Shown: positions 18,646-29,208 of the stretch, one piece after another | How positions within the stretch are numbered: the first letter of the stretch is position 1 | Layout of the letters: each line of letters opens with the position of its first letter | Origin: a virus | IMG/VR virus record: IMGVR_UViG_3300017744_000003 | Coordinates: 9,000-72,999 of that record | Reading direction: 5' to 3' (one strand) | Length of the DNA stretch: 64,000 nt | Notes under the pieces: model-generated | What the model saw: only the letters and a program-made list of their open reading frames with translations | Databases searched by the model: none | What the model was told of the DNA's origin: nothing | Made by a program: the position numbers and the translations under genes

Positions 18646-21600
18646 ATGGCATCGACACCAAATCTTAGTAATCCGAGCCATGAGTTCGATAAGACAAAGC
18701 AGTATAACAAGGTAGTATTCCAACAGGGTAAGCCTATCCTTGACGTAGATCTTAATGACATGAGTGCTGCGCTACAAGCTCAAGCTAACTCAGCGTTGAT
18801 TGAGAAGATGGGGTATGGTCCAAGCCAACTCGATTACCGAGATTGGGCGATGACCGCAGTTAGTTCTGTGACACCTACTTCTGACCGTAACAAGGATAAC
18901 TTTGCGGTGACACTTGGTCACCTAGACACTAGAAAGGGCGTATTAGATACTTCTTCTTACAGAAGTGCCGACGCTTTGTCTCCAAGTGTTATATTTGACT
19001 ATGGTAAGATCGTTGATCAAACAGCCACAGACGCTAAGGATAGACCTTATGCGAACTACATTTTAAGGGGTGTTGTTGGGGCAAATTCAACAACTACTAA
19101 GGTGTCTGACCAAGAAAAATCCTTTAACAGTAACCATATTCTTACTGAGTACAACTACCTAGAGGCTATAACGCCTAGTTACTCTAACGTATCGTCTACT
19201 TCTAAGTCAGATGAAACTAGAGCGACTAATAACCATGTCGTTCGTTTGCGAGAGGGCGCTTGTCGCATTAGATTTATAACGGGCAATCTAGCCGGCGAAG
19301 AGCGTGATATTGAAGCTATTGCTTCTACGGTATTGAACTTTGCAAGCAACCCTCTAAATTCTGCGCCAGACGTAGGTAGTGAATACGTTGTATTGCCCCC
19401 AAATACCCTTAGTGCATATCGAAACTTATACAATGCGGCAAATACCCAAGATGCGAGTAAAAGTGAAGGACTTTTAGGACTTCCGAAACTTGTAACTTAC
19501 ATACAAACTTTTGAAGAAGATATCTCTTCAACAGAAGATAGCGACATTCAATCAAGTTCACTTGGTTTTGAAACCACACATAGAAGTCAACTTCGTTGGT
19601 GTATACGTGTGGCAATGGTCAACTCTTCTATTGACAATGACCCAGGTTACGCAGGTGTTTCTGCTAGTTTGGGTACTGAACATATCTTTGCTCTTTTGAC
19701 TGATAATAAGTTTGTTGACTATCAAGTTTTACTTGATTCAACAGACTCCACAGCTTCTCTCCATAATAGTTATGAGCAATCACTTTTCTGGGCTCAAACG
19801 GACTCAACAGGTGCAAGGACAGATACTCTTTTAGGCGATCAAGAATCGCCTTTTGGTGACCTTGGGTTAACGCCTTCACACTTCTTTAATGCTAACGAGC
19901 ATAAAGTTGACAACATGTTTTGGTCTTTCCTTAAAGGCTTGTTCTTGAAGGTTCATGGTCAGTTCAACGACTTTGTTATCCTTAATGTATTTAATAGTGA
20001 GAGTAAGTCGAGCGACCCTGCAAATGAAACACTAAGTGAGTACTTCGTACCAGGGGCGCAGACAGACACAACTGCTGCCCCAATCGTTCACGCTTTCTTG
20101 TCAACAGGTAGTGCTTTCCAACGTGTAGCAGGAGATGTTAATGCGGTTCCTGCTTCCTTCAAGTCACCTGCTCGTATCTTCAATACACATGCTGACTTGA
20201 GTGCTGACAACATGAAGAGTCGTACTCTACATGGTCTGCGTGGCGGGATTATTTATGGAACAACCGCCGGAGCACCATTGGTGTTCCCGTCTACTAGTTC
20301 ACACCTAGCATTGGTAGACCAAATGCTCTTAGGTATGAGCGGTCTTGGTTCTGCCCAAGGGTCTACTAAAGCAGGTGAGCGTGTTCCTTCTGCGATTGAC
20401 TTCACTCTAGCAAACACTACTGCTTCTTTGGCACAATCAGGTACAGGCGTTGGCGCGATCAAGATGATTAGTCCCATATCCGCTTCTACTATTTCTGCGG
20501 GGAGTACAGGTTCTTTCCTTACAGGATCATCTTCTTATCTTCTCCGAGAAAAGGGTAGTAGAGCTTCGCATACTGTAAATGTTGATGACGCTGACTTAGG
20601 TTGGAGTTTATATAAAGCAGAAGAGGGTAACTTAGTAGATCCTACGACTAATCGTAGTGACCTTACTCTTCGTGGTTGGGAAGAAGGTATGGCGCAAGCC
20701 GCTGCCTTCCAACAAGGTATTAACTTCCGTAAGTTGGCGATTAAGACTACTGCACATAAGAGCATGGACTTATTTACTATTAGTGAATCACCTGCTCAAA
20801 TTAACTCTGATATTGGTGCTGCTAGGAACCAAAAGGCATCGAGTCTTGCTTTCATGATACCTCAAGACCAAGTATCAAATATTAATGGTAACTTATTTAT
20901 AGACTCTTACAGTGCTTCCGCTAGAGACTTTATAGGCTTAGGGGACCCCACATTAAACGACAATAACTTTACGGCTCACAATTTTATACCCGCAAATGTT
21001 GACCGATTTGATGTTAAACCTTTATTGCAAAATGCTTACAAAGGTAATGGGGGTGTAAAGGGTTTTGATGCACTTGCGAACCAAGAACGTGATCTTGCTA
21101 GGAACTATGGACCTTGGAATAGGTTTGACGCAGGGAGTATATCTAGTTCCGATAACTTTACAAGTGATGATGGTGACTTAAGTGTAGTCAATGACTTATG
21201 GAGTAACCGTTGTACTGCTATGCGGTTGCGTTATCATGTAGGTGACTTTTACCCAGGTGAGGTAGATGTAAGAGGTGTACCCCGTAACTTGCTTGTAGAC
21301 TCTATGAACTTGTTTATGAAGGTAGAACCTTTGAGTCTAGCGCATTGGATGACTATGCCTAAGCACCAACACTCGATTCTTGAGAACTCGGTGTCTTTTG
21401 CCGAAGGTATTGAAGCTCTACTAAAGGTAGCGCATGGTCTTGGTGATACACAAAAACTAGTTAATGGTTCTGATCAGCCTCTGATCCAAAGTAACTCACC
21501 CGCTTTATCAGAAGGTGGGGATTATCAATCTAGGTCAGTTGGTGATGTAGACCCACTTAACTTACCTTTTGAACACTATAAACAGCCTTTTGTTCATTGG

Positions 21601-23562
21601 TATCACCCCATGATGCACAAGATTAAAGCGCCACACCCCGATGGTACGAATACCACATATACCAACACTAACAATGTAGACTACGATATAACTGTTTACC
21701 CTAAGTTTGGTCGTAGATCTTTGATTGTACCCGCTCTTGTTCCTTCTATATTCGGTACTACCGAACAAACAGACGGGACTAACTTACAATCAATACCTAC
21801 GGTACGTGATAGTTTAGATGGGGATTACTTCCCCGTAGAACTAGGTACTTCTAGTGAGAATGATGTTGAGGAAGGATTTACCGTTGATATTAGTGGAGAA
21901 ACCACTGCTGTAAAGATTAAAGACGGTTCGTCTATCTTGCCTTATCCGTATCATGGTACTAATCCTTCTACAGACACGGGTACGACTACTTATAGCGCAG
22001 ATACCGGTTCTATAACTGTTAGAAATAATCAAATAACTTTCCCTGCGATTGGTACACATGGTGACCCTTTAAGTCCTGGACCCGTTTTCCTACCTGCGAG
22101 TAGAGTTTATGCACAACAGGTAGGGTCTACTAACGAATTAGGGTCTACTGGTGAATTAAAAGTAGGCTTTAATCCGCTCATGACGGACTCATTATTTACA
22201 CAATGGAATGACGTATCTTCATTAGAGGACGACAATTTTCCTTATGATGAGAAGCAAACCTACTATGAGTTAGAAGCAGGCGGCGCAGCAGAGTTACCAA
22301 TTGCTTTCCAAAAAGAATATGCTTCTTGGTCTACACCTGTTTTAAGATCCTCTGTTAATACAAACACTGTTGCAGGGATTATTGATCTTGTCCGTACTTC
22401 GTTTGATACAGGGTTAGAAGACCTAACATTAAGTTCTGATTATACGTTTACTATGCCTGCTTCGGCTTCTGTAGGGAACCAAGTACCTGCGATAGGCCCA
22501 GATAACCCCCTAGACACTTTGTTTGTAGGCGATATGGGTACTGCACTTGGTGGTCTAGGTAATCGAAAGGGTTTCTTAAGTCCATTAACTCTTGGTATTC
22601 CTATGACATATAGTGGTGTTGCACCAAATGACGCTAGTAATACCTACAGAGATTCTTTCCAACTAGCGCGTAATAACTATTTGAGTTCAAGTCTACTAAA
22701 CTTATTTAACGCTATAAACAGTATGGGTTTACAGCAGAAGTTACTTTGGAACTGTTCTTTCCGTGTACTGCACACAAGACCCGGCGGTTTTGAAAATAGT
22801 TCTACTGCACCTAAGAGTCTCACAGAAGTTATCATGGCCCATAATCGTTCTGATGGGTCGATGACCAAGACTGTTTTCCCTTCGATTAATAAAGCGCAGA
22901 GGAAACCGTTTATACACTTAATGTCTACACACCCAAACATGACAGCCGCCTTCCCTAATAAGACTCACTTGGATCATCTATATCCTTTAGTGAGCGATTC
23001 TACTGGAGGTAGTCATGATGCGACTCTTACAAATAACAGATATGACTACACTGATGAAAAAGTTAGAACATCTTCTATGGGTGATACTTATGCTGTAGAC
23101 CCCTTTGATAGTATGATGAACACAGCTATCCTTGGAAACGATAACCCATTAAGGACTACAGAAAACCTATCTACTAATAGCGGTATAGAGATCGACTTGA
23201 TCTCTGAGTTAAGTATGGTTCATACGGACGCAGACGACTATGACTTAAACACTGCTGTTCAGCCTACAGGTAGTACTGACTTTGTTAACCTACAACAGAC
23301 TATGCCTACAGCTAATGAACTAACTTTACCAGGAGATCATGAGTTAGTGTTTGTTCTTTACACAGGTCACTACGGTGCTAAAATGTATGACACGCAGGGT
23401 GTAGTGGACACTGCATATATCCCACCAGTTGCCGGTTGTCACTTGACTGCTACTTTAGAGATCAACCGACCTTCTGAGCGCATTAGTTCTACAGACGCCA
23501 ATCTAAACAACAAGCATTATGGACAACAAGTCACCACTTACGCTATCCCTAGTACTAAATAA
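18646..23562 (+). CDS. Giant baseplate/fibre protein with a DUF6519-like N-terminus
   Basis: 1638 aa. FDKTKQYNKVVFQQGKPILDVDLND and ETTHRSQLRWCIR resemble DUF6519 as recalled. The remainder was not recognised. Confidence 0.7.
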   Translation: MASTPNLSNPSHEFDKTKQYNKVVFQQGKPILDVDLNDMSAALQAQANSALIEKMGYGPSQLDYRDWAMTAVSSVTPTSDRNKDNFAVTLGHLDTRKGVLDTSSYRSADALSPSVIFDYGKIVDQTATDAKDRPYANYILRGVVGANSTTTKVSDQEKSFNSNHILTEYNYLEAITPSYSNVSSTSKSDETRATNNHVVRLREGACRIRFITGNLAGEERDIEAIASTVLNFASNPLNSAPDVGSEYVVLPPNTLSAYRNLYNAANTQDASKSEGLLGLPKLVTYIQTFEEDISSTEDSDIQSSSLGFETTHRSQLRWCIRVAMVNSSIDNDPGYAGVSASLGTEHIFALLTDNKFVDYQVLLDSTDSTASLHNSYEQSLFWAQTDSTGARTDTLLGDQESPFGDLGLTPSHFFNANEHKVDNMFWSFLKGLFLKVHGQFNDFVILNVFNSESKSSDPANETLSEYFVPGAQTDTTAAPIVHAFLSTGSAFQRVAGDVNAVPASFKSPARIFNTHADLSADNMKSRTLHGLRGGIIYGTTAGAPLVFPSTSSHLALVDQMLLGMSGLGSAQGSTKAGERVPSAIDFTLANTTASLAQSGTGVGAIKMISPISASTISAGSTGSFLTGSSSYLLREKGSRASHTVNVDDADLGWSLYKAEEGNLVDPTTNRSDLTLRGWEEGMAQAAAFQQGINFRKLAIKTTAHKSMDLFTISESPAQINSDIGAARNQKASSLAFMIPQDQVSNINGNLFIDSYSASARDFIGLGDPTLNDNNFTAHNFIPANVDRFDVKPLLQNAYKGNGGVKGFDALANQERDLARNYGPWNRFDAGSISSSDNFTSDDGDLSVVNDLWSNRCTAMRLRYHVGDFYPGEVDVRGVPRNLLVDSMNLFMKVEPLSLAHWMTMPKHQHSILENSVSFAEGIEALLKVAHGLGDTQKLVNGSDQPLIQSNSPALSEGGDYQSRSVGDVDPLNLPFEHYKQPFVHWYHPMMHKIKAPHPDGTNTTYTNTNNVDYDITVYPKFGRRSLIVPALVPSIFGTTEQTDGTNLQSIPTVRDSLDGDYFPVELGTSSENDVEEGFTVDISGETTAVKIKDGSSILPYPYHGTNPSTDTGTTTYSADTGSITVRNNQITFPAIGTHGDPLSPGPVFLPASRVYAQQVGSTNELGSTGELKVGFNPLMTDSLFTQWNDVSSLEDDNFPYDEKQTYYELEAGGAAELPIAFQKEYASWSTPVLRSSVNTNTVAGIIDLVRTSFDTGLEDLTLSSDYTFTMPASASVGNQVPAIGPDNPLDTLFVGDMGTALGGLGNRKGFLSPLTLGIPMTYSGVAPNDASNTYRDSFQLARNNYLSSSLLNLFNAINSMGLQQKLLWNCSFRVLHTRPGGFENSSTAPKSLTEVIMAHNRSDGSMTKTVFPSINKAQRKPFIHLMSTHPNMTAAFPNKTHLDHLYPLVSDSTGGSHDATLTNNRYDYTDEKVRTSSMGDTYAVDPFDSMMNTAILGNDNPLRTTENLSTNSGIEIDLISELSMVHTDADDYDLNTAVQPTGSTDFVNLQQTMPTANELTLPGDHELVFVLYTGHYGAKMYDTQGVVDTAYIPPVAGCHLTATLEINRPSERISSTDANLNNKHYGQQVTTYAIPSTK

Positions 23563-23573
23563 GGAGTCTCATT

Positions 23574-23942
23574 ATGGAAGAGATCGCACAGCATATCATT
23601 AAGGAAGTTATCCCCGTACTTGGGGCTATCTTGACAGCTCTAGCTACTTACGGAGTTTCTTTGCTTACTAAGCGTTATAAGATTCAACTCAACGAGGAGC
23701 ACCATATCCTTATGCGCCTGGCAGTACGTAAGGCTATCAGTGGTGCTGAAGAGTGGGCTCACCGTAAAGCTAAGATAGAAGAGCGTTCTGTAAGGGGTGC
23801 TGAGAAGGCTGTTTGGGTACATGCCCGTATTCAAAGTATGTTCCCCAATCTAGCTTCAGACGAACTTGACACGTTAATCGATGAGGAACTTGGCTCTATA
23901 AAGGGAGTCGGTTCAAGCGGTGACAAGGGTCTTGATGTATGA
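23574..23942 (+). CDS. Putative holin (LL-H-like, single N-terminal TM helix)
   Basis: Hydrophobic VIPVLGAILTALATYGV, then AVRKAISGAEE...GAEK...LIDE. AGGAG SD; next to the spanin-like pair. Confidence 0.6.
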   Translation: MEEIAQHIIKEVIPVLGAILTALATYGVSLLTKRYKIQLNEEHHILMRLAVRKAISGAEEWAHRKAKIEERSVRGAEKAVWVHARIQSMFPNLASDELDTLIDEELGSIKGVGSSGDKGLDV

Positions 23943-24157
23943 TTACTTTGTTAGGTTCTCTTTTATCTGCACTTATCCCTATTCTATTGAAGACATTATC
24001 TGATAGAATGGAGACTCCGCAGAATAAGGAGAAGCCTAATGCAATTAAAGAATTACACAGGGCGAAAGACAGCATTGGAGTTGCTGTGGCTTGGAAGCGT
24101 CATGATAATCGCCTTGAGCGGTTGTTGCTTAAAGCCAAGGCCCGCAACCGACCATGA
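23939..24157 (+). CDS. Putative inner-membrane spanin
   Basis: N-terminal TM MITLLGSLLSALIPILL followed by a helical tail; overlapped by a lipoprotein gene. Confidence 0.55.
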   Translation: MITLLGSLLSALIPILLKTLSDRMETPQNKEKPNAIKELHRAKDSIGVAVAWKRHDNRLERLLLKAKARNRP

Positions 24158-24302
24158 TCCTGTCATAGTTGTTGAAAAGTCTGAGATAGTGCAGAACCCT
24201 GATGGGAGCTACACTGTTTCTGAGGGTTGGATGCTTCAGCGTATGAATATGGAGCAGAACCTTGGCGAGGCTCTAAGTATGTGTGTTGGAGGTGAAGAAT
24301 GA
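24039..24302 (+). CDS. Putative outer-membrane lipoprotein spanin
   Basis: AGGAG SD, basic N-region, hydrophobic core and lipobox LSG|C. Starts inside the previous gene in the +1 frame. Confidence 0.65.
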   Translation: MQLKNYTGRKTALELLWLGSVMIIALSGCCLKPRPATDHDPVIVVEKSEIVQNPDGSYTVSEGWMLQRMNMEQNLGEALSMCVGGEE

Positions 24303-24652
24303 TCTCTGGTATATATAATATGACGATAGAGCAGGGCAGTACTTTCAAACTAGCTTTGTATTGGAAGAACAGCGCCAATCAACCTGTACCAATGAGCAAC
24401 TATACTGCTAAGATGCAAATAAGAGCATCTACCGGAGCAAGTGTTGTTCTTTTAGAACTAACAAGCGCTGATTCTGATCAGATTCAAATATACGAGAATC
24501 AAGGCGCTATTAATCTTACAATTGGTTATGAGCAGACACAGAACTTACCGCCCTCAGTTTGTGTTTACGACTTAGAGGTAACTTCTCCAGAGAATGTTAG
24601 AACTAAACTTATAAAAGGTCGATGCCGTATTGAGGGAGAGGTTACACGATGA
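24299..24652 (+). CDS. Small beta-sandwich virion protein (fibre adaptor-like)
   Basis: YNMTIEQGSTF..., YTAKMQIR, VYDLEV...KLIKG....EVTR pattern common in phage minor structural proteins. Confidence 0.65.
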   Translation: MISGIYNMTIEQGSTFKLALYWKNSANQPVPMSNYTAKMQIRASTGASVVLLELTSADSDQIQIYENQGAINLTIGYEQTQNLPPSVCVYDLEVTSPENVRTKLIKGRCRIEGEVTR

Positions 24653-27600
24653 AAGTTGACGTATATCCAAATATTACAAATGTTGAAGTTTATGAGAATC
24701 CTATCTCTGTACCTGTAGAGGCTACTTGGGAGAAAGTTACATTCTTGGTAGCTAACCCAGTCGTTAATACTTTTGACCTTGGTCGAGAGGTGGCTACAGA
24801 CCGTGACGGTGACTTTGTTCTTCAAGTCTCTCTAAATGGTGTACAAGCAGAATACGGAGACGACTTCACTTTAGAAGGCAGCGTTATTAATTGGGTAAGT
24901 CAACAGATTGCGCTAGAGTCGGACGAAGAACTTGTTATTTGGTATTCCCCCAAAACCATTTATGGTAGCGTCCCTGGTAGTGGCGAAGTATCAAGTCTAA
25001 ACGACCTTAACGATGTTGTGTTAGCGGGTCCACAAGCAGGCCAAGTACTTGTTAGAGACGGTAATGGGGACTTTGCTAATAAGTTCTTAAATGCCGGAGA
25101 CAACGTAACTATTACTTCAAACGCTAACGGCGTAACCATAGCTGCAAACCCTTTGGCGGGTTCAAGTGATGGGGCTCAAGGAGCAATACAAACTTCAGAC
25201 GGCAACAATGGATTTACAGCCGTAAATTGGTCAGTAGCTGATAACCATCTTATCCCTAGTTTAGACAGTCAGTACGACATTGGTTCTGCGGCTAATAAAG
25301 TTAGAGACATATATATGAGTGGTAACACTCTTTATATAGGGGACGGTCAGATATCTGTTAATGGAGATGCTATACAGTTTGCACAAGGACTTCAGACTAA
25401 GACTTTAGCAACGACTGACGATGTTTCTCCCGACACCTTAGTAGCCTCTAGTACATTTGTGTCTGCTGTTACAGGACCACAAGGACCACAAGGATTAGCG
25501 GGTGCTGATGGCTCTATTGGTCCACAAGGGCCACAGGGTCCACAAGGTGCTCAAGGAGACGTTGGTTCACAAGGTCTACAAGGGGTACAAGGAGTCGCAG
25601 GCCCACAGGGTTTAACAGGCCCTTCGGGTGCAGATGGTGCTGACGGTTCAACAGGACCACAAGGGCCACAAGGTATTCAAGGAGTAGCAGGTGCTGTCGG
25701 TCCTCAAGGGTTAGTAGGAGATACAGGAGCAGATGGCGCAGATGGTGCTGTTGGCCCACAAGGGCCACAAGGGTTACAGGGTGTCCAAGGACCACAAGGT
25801 CCTCAAGGAGACACAGGCGCTGACGGTGCGGTTGGTCCACAAGGTGATGTAGGTCCTCAAGGGTCTCAAGGGTCTCAAGGGCCACAAGGTGAGGTAGGGC
25901 CACAAGGTGATGTTGGACCACAGGGACCGCAAGGTGTTGCAGGACCACAAGGTCCACAGGGACTTCAAGGAGACGCAGGGGCGCAAGGATCTCAAGGATC
26001 TCAAGGTGTTCAAGGTGTTCAAGGTGTAGCTGGTTCCGGTGTAACATTTAAGGGTTCAGTTTCTAGTGATCCAAGTGGTAGTGGTGTGGTTACACTAACA
26101 AATGCTGCCACATTTACTCCTTCACAAGGAGATGCCGTACTTAGTCAAGTAGATGACTCTTTATTCATCTATGGTGAAACAGATTGGGTTGATGGCGGTT
26201 CTATCCAAGGCCCCCAAGGTATTCAAGGTGTAGCAGGTCCACAAGGACCACAAGGTGCTCAAGGTATCCAGGGTGTGGCAGGATCTGATGGCGCAGATGG
26301 CGCAGATGGTGCTGTTGGCCCACAAGGCCCCCAAGGTATTCAAGGTGTAGCAGGTCCACAAGGACCACAGGGATCTACGGGTGCAGATGGTGCTGATGGT
26401 TCAACAGGACCACAAGGCCCCCAAGGTATTCAAGGGTTACAAGGAGAAGCAGGAGCTACAGGACCACAAGGTGTAGCAGGTGCAGATGGTGCTGATGGTT
26501 CAACAGGACCACAAGGCCCCCAGGGACTTCAAGGAGACGCAGGACCACAAGGACCACAAGGTGTAGCAGGTGCTGACGGCCCTCAAGGACCCACAGGCGC
26601 TAGTGGAACAGCAGGTGCAAGTGTTACAACTCTAGCAATTTCTAATAATACTGTAGCTACAGCGCTTAGTGATGGTACCAATATCAGCGGTTCTGTTGCT
26701 ATGGACCTTACATCTCTTTCTGATGTAGACATTACAGATACTGCGCACACTTTAAGTGACGGCTATGTACTTACTTATGACTCTACACACAGTCATTGGC
26801 ATCCAGAGTCCCCTACAGAGATTACAGCAGGCGCAATAGCTGTGGGGGATTCTTCAGTAACTATTGCTGACACCGGCACTAACGGAAATATTAACTTTAC
26901 AACTGATGGCACTTCTCGTTGGGACGTAACTTCAGCAGGTCACATCATTCCTGCGACTGACGCAGACTATGATATTGGTAACGCTAGCAATAAGGTTAGG
27001 CACTTATTTCTAAGTGACAATAGCGTTAAACTTGCCAGTGGTGATATTGGTGCAGATGCTGAAGGTGATCTTACCTATACTAAAACAGGTGAAACTGTTT
27101 CTAAGGTAGCAACGCAAACAGGCAACTTACTCACAGTAAAGGGTGACACAACTAGTGCAGCTATAAAGCTAAACTGCGAAGACAATATTCACGGTATTAC
27201 GATTCAATCGCCTGCCAATTCCGAAGGAGCCTCTTATACGCTTACATTGCCTAGCGACACGGGAACTGCTGATCAAGTCCTAAAGACTGATGGCAATGGT
27301 GCTTTAGGTTGGGTTGATCAAGGAGGAGGTGGCGCATCCGTTGATGGTGGGTTCACTCCTATACCGGGGCCTTTGACCGCTAGCCTTTGGAATGGTCGAT
27401 ACACTACCTTCGTTATTTACACACCAAATGGCACTACGAATAATATAGTAGCTACTATGCCATCTCAAGGAGAGCATAACGCTTTGTTAAACCCTAACTA
27501 CTCTAGTTATAAGTTTATTTATAGCTTCATGGTAGTTGGTGGCACAAATGTAAGTTACTTACTAGAACTTCCCAGTATAGTAAGAGTATATGGACTGAGT

Positions 27601-27720
27601 TCATCTGGTTACGTTCAAGGCCCAACTACAGTTGCTTTAGAAAAATATAAAATTTATACTTTTGCGGCTTATAGTAATCGTGGCTGGTATTTAGTCAATG
27701 AAAAGGCTTACTTACCCTAA
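24649..27720 (+). CDS. Collagen-like fibre protein
   Basis: 1023 aa with two Gly-X-Y blocks (GPQ/GAD), duplicated HxIP....YDIG...NKVR modules and SLxDLxDV repeats. Confidence 0.9.
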   Translation: MKVDVYPNITNVEVYENPISVPVEATWEKVTFLVANPVVNTFDLGREVATDRDGDFVLQVSLNGVQAEYGDDFTLEGSVINWVSQQIALESDEELVIWYSPKTIYGSVPGSGEVSSLNDLNDVVLAGPQAGQVLVRDGNGDFANKFLNAGDNVTITSNANGVTIAANPLAGSSDGAQGAIQTSDGNNGFTAVNWSVADNHLIPSLDSQYDIGSAANKVRDIYMSGNTLYIGDGQISVNGDAIQFAQGLQTKTLATTDDVSPDTLVASSTFVSAVTGPQGPQGLAGADGSIGPQGPQGPQGAQGDVGSQGLQGVQGVAGPQGLTGPSGADGADGSTGPQGPQGIQGVAGAVGPQGLVGDTGADGADGAVGPQGPQGLQGVQGPQGPQGDTGADGAVGPQGDVGPQGSQGSQGPQGEVGPQGDVGPQGPQGVAGPQGPQGLQGDAGAQGSQGSQGVQGVQGVAGSGVTFKGSVSSDPSGSGVVTLTNAATFTPSQGDAVLSQVDDSLFIYGETDWVDGGSIQGPQGIQGVAGPQGPQGAQGIQGVAGSDGADGADGAVGPQGPQGIQGVAGPQGPQGSTGADGADGSTGPQGPQGIQGLQGEAGATGPQGVAGADGADGSTGPQGPQGLQGDAGPQGPQGVAGADGPQGPTGASGTAGASVTTLAISNNTVATALSDGTNISGSVAMDLTSLSDVDITDTAHTLSDGYVLTYDSTHSHWHPESPTEITAGAIAVGDSSVTIADTGTNGNINFTTDGTSRWDVTSAGHIIPATDADYDIGNASNKVRHLFLSDNSVKLASGDIGADAEGDLTYTKTGETVSKVATQTGNLLTVKGDTTSAAIKLNCEDNIHGITIQSPANSEGASYTLTLPSDTGTADQVLKTDGNGALGWVDQGGGGASVDGGFTPIPGPLTASLWNGRYTTFVIYTPNGTTNNIVATMPSQGEHNALLNPNYSSYKFIYSFMVVGGTNVSYLLELPSIVRVYGLSSSGYVQGPTTVALEKYKIYTFAAYSNRGWYLVNEKAYLP
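25474..26620 (+). repeat. Collagen-coding 9-bp-period repeats (GGNCCNCAR) in two blocks, about 25474-26040 and 26209-26620
   Basis: Visible ggaccacaa/ggtccacaa/gcagatggt repeats. Boundaries are approximate. Confidence 0.9.
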
Positions 27721-27762
27721 AACTTAAAAATTCACTTAAAAATAAATATAAAGGAGTCTACT

Positions 27763-29097
27763 ATGGCTTTAATTAAAGGCAAACAGTTAGCTGATGCGGC
27801 TATTGTTGAATCTAAAATTGCGGATAGTGCGGTTACTGCTGATAAACTTTCGGGTAGTATCCCTGCAAGTAAACTAGACCTTGAGGGTATTTTCGATTTT
27901 TCAAGTGGTACTCTTAGTGCTGCTACTCCTACAGCTTCGGGTCATGTGGCTACTAAAGGCTATGTAGATGGTGTTAAGCAATCTCTTGATATTAAAGAGA
28001 GTGTAAGAGTCGCAACTACTTCAGAGTTAGGTGTTACCTACTTAAGCGGTGTGCTTACCGCTACGGCTAATGGCGCGATCTCTATTGATGGCGTTGCACT
28101 TGCTAGTTCAGATCGTATTCTTGTAAAGAACCAAGGTACAGCTAACTCTGCCTCTGAAAATGGTATTTATACTGTTACTACAGTTGGTGATGGTTCAAAT
28201 GCTTACGTGCTTACTAGGGCTGACGACTTCAATACGGACGCAGACATTAGTTCAGGCGCTTTCTGCTTTGTCGAACAGGGTACAGACAATGGTGACCAAG
28301 GTTTCGTACTCACTACTAACGAGTCGATTACCTTAGACACTACTGACCTTTCCTTCACTCAGTTCTCAGGCGCTGGGCAGATCTCTGCGGGAAGTGGACT
28401 ACAAAAAGATTCTAATGAACTGTCTATCGTTTTAGACCTAAACTCAGGTCTTTCCGTAAGCGGGAGTGGTCTAAAGATTGATGGGTCAGAACTTGCTGCC
28501 GGTGCATTAGCTGTAGCTAACGATGAAATTCTGTTTATTGATTCGGACGGTGGCACTAAACGAGAGTCTGTTGCTGACTTATCAACAGCTATGGCAGGTA
28601 ACGGTATCTCTGCGAATGCGGGTGTTCTAGCCGCAGACTTAAAAGCAACGGGTGGTCTTGAGATTGACTCTGCTGAAATCTCTGTAAAGAAGGCTGACTC
28701 TTCGGTTAGCAGTGACGCTACCGGTCTTAAAGTTAATCTTAATGCAGAAGGTTCTATTGCTATTAAAGGTAATGCAGGACTAAGCGCACCCATTATGGCA
28801 ACTGCTGATCTTGGTAAAGCACCTGGGGCTGTATCTGCTGATGGTACCGACACTACTATTAATATCACAAATACACCTGCGGCTGATGGTGCCGTTCGTA
28901 TCTTTGTTAATGGTATTGGTGCGGAGCTTGGAGATGGCGTTAAGACTAAAGACTGCTACTTTAGCGATGATGGTGGTACGACTGCTCGATCTATCGCAGA
29001 CATTACTGCCGCTGATGACCTTTTCTGGAATGGCGCTTCTGTTTACGCTCTTGATAACACTGATGTTATCGACATTGTGTACGCTTTCATTAACTAA
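27763..29097 (+). CDS. Fibre/decoration protein
   Basis: ATKGYVD..LDIKESVRVATT, IDGV..DRILVKNQ..ENGIY, LTRADD, FTQFSGAG and AGxGL repeats. AAGGAG SD. Confidence 0.8.
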   Translation: MALIKGKQLADAAIVESKIADSAVTADKLSGSIPASKLDLEGIFDFSSGTLSAATPTASGHVATKGYVDGVKQSLDIKESVRVATTSELGVTYLSGVLTATANGAISIDGVALASSDRILVKNQGTANSASENGIYTVTTVGDGSNAYVLTRADDFNTDADISSGAFCFVEQGTDNGDQGFVLTTNESITLDTTDLSFTQFSGAGQISAGSGLQKDSNELSIVLDLNSGLSVSGSGLKIDGSELAAGALAVANDEILFIDSDGGTKRESVADLSTAMAGNGISANAGVLAADLKATGGLEIDSAEISVKKADSSVSSDATGLKVNLNAEGSIAIKGNAGLSAPIMATADLGKAPGAVSADGTDTTINITNTPAADGAVRIFVNGIGAELGDGVKTKDCYFSDDGGTTARSIADITAADDLFWNGASVYALDNTDVIDIVYAFIN

Positions 29098-29104
29098 GTT
29101 TCTT

Positions 29105-29122
29105 TAGGCAGCTTACTGCCTA
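29105..29122. other. Short hairpin TAGGCAG-CTTA-CTGCCTA
   Basis: Perfect 7-bp inverted repeat just after the stop codon. Confidence 0.5.
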
Positions 29123-29154
29123 TAAAATAAAACAACGTTTATGTTTGACTACTT

Positions 29155-29192
29155 AGGGCAGGTCTACCAAGATGGAGGCTCTGCCCTTTTTT
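29155..29192 (+). terminator. Rho-independent terminator
   Basis: AGGGCAG...CTGCCCT stem followed by a T run. Confidence 0.7.
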
Positions 29193-29208
29193 ATTGGAGA
29201 AATATGTT

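Noticed and set aside
25514-26361. Minus-strand ORFs over the collagen region
   Set aside because: They are shadow frames produced by the Gly-X-Y codon periodicity.
28359-29107. 169-aa antisense ORF and 98-aa alternative-frame ORF within the fibre gene
   Set aside because: No SD or motifs; explained by the codon bias of an Ala/Gly/Ser-rich gene. This differs from the methyltransferase overlap, where the second frame carries a missing motif.
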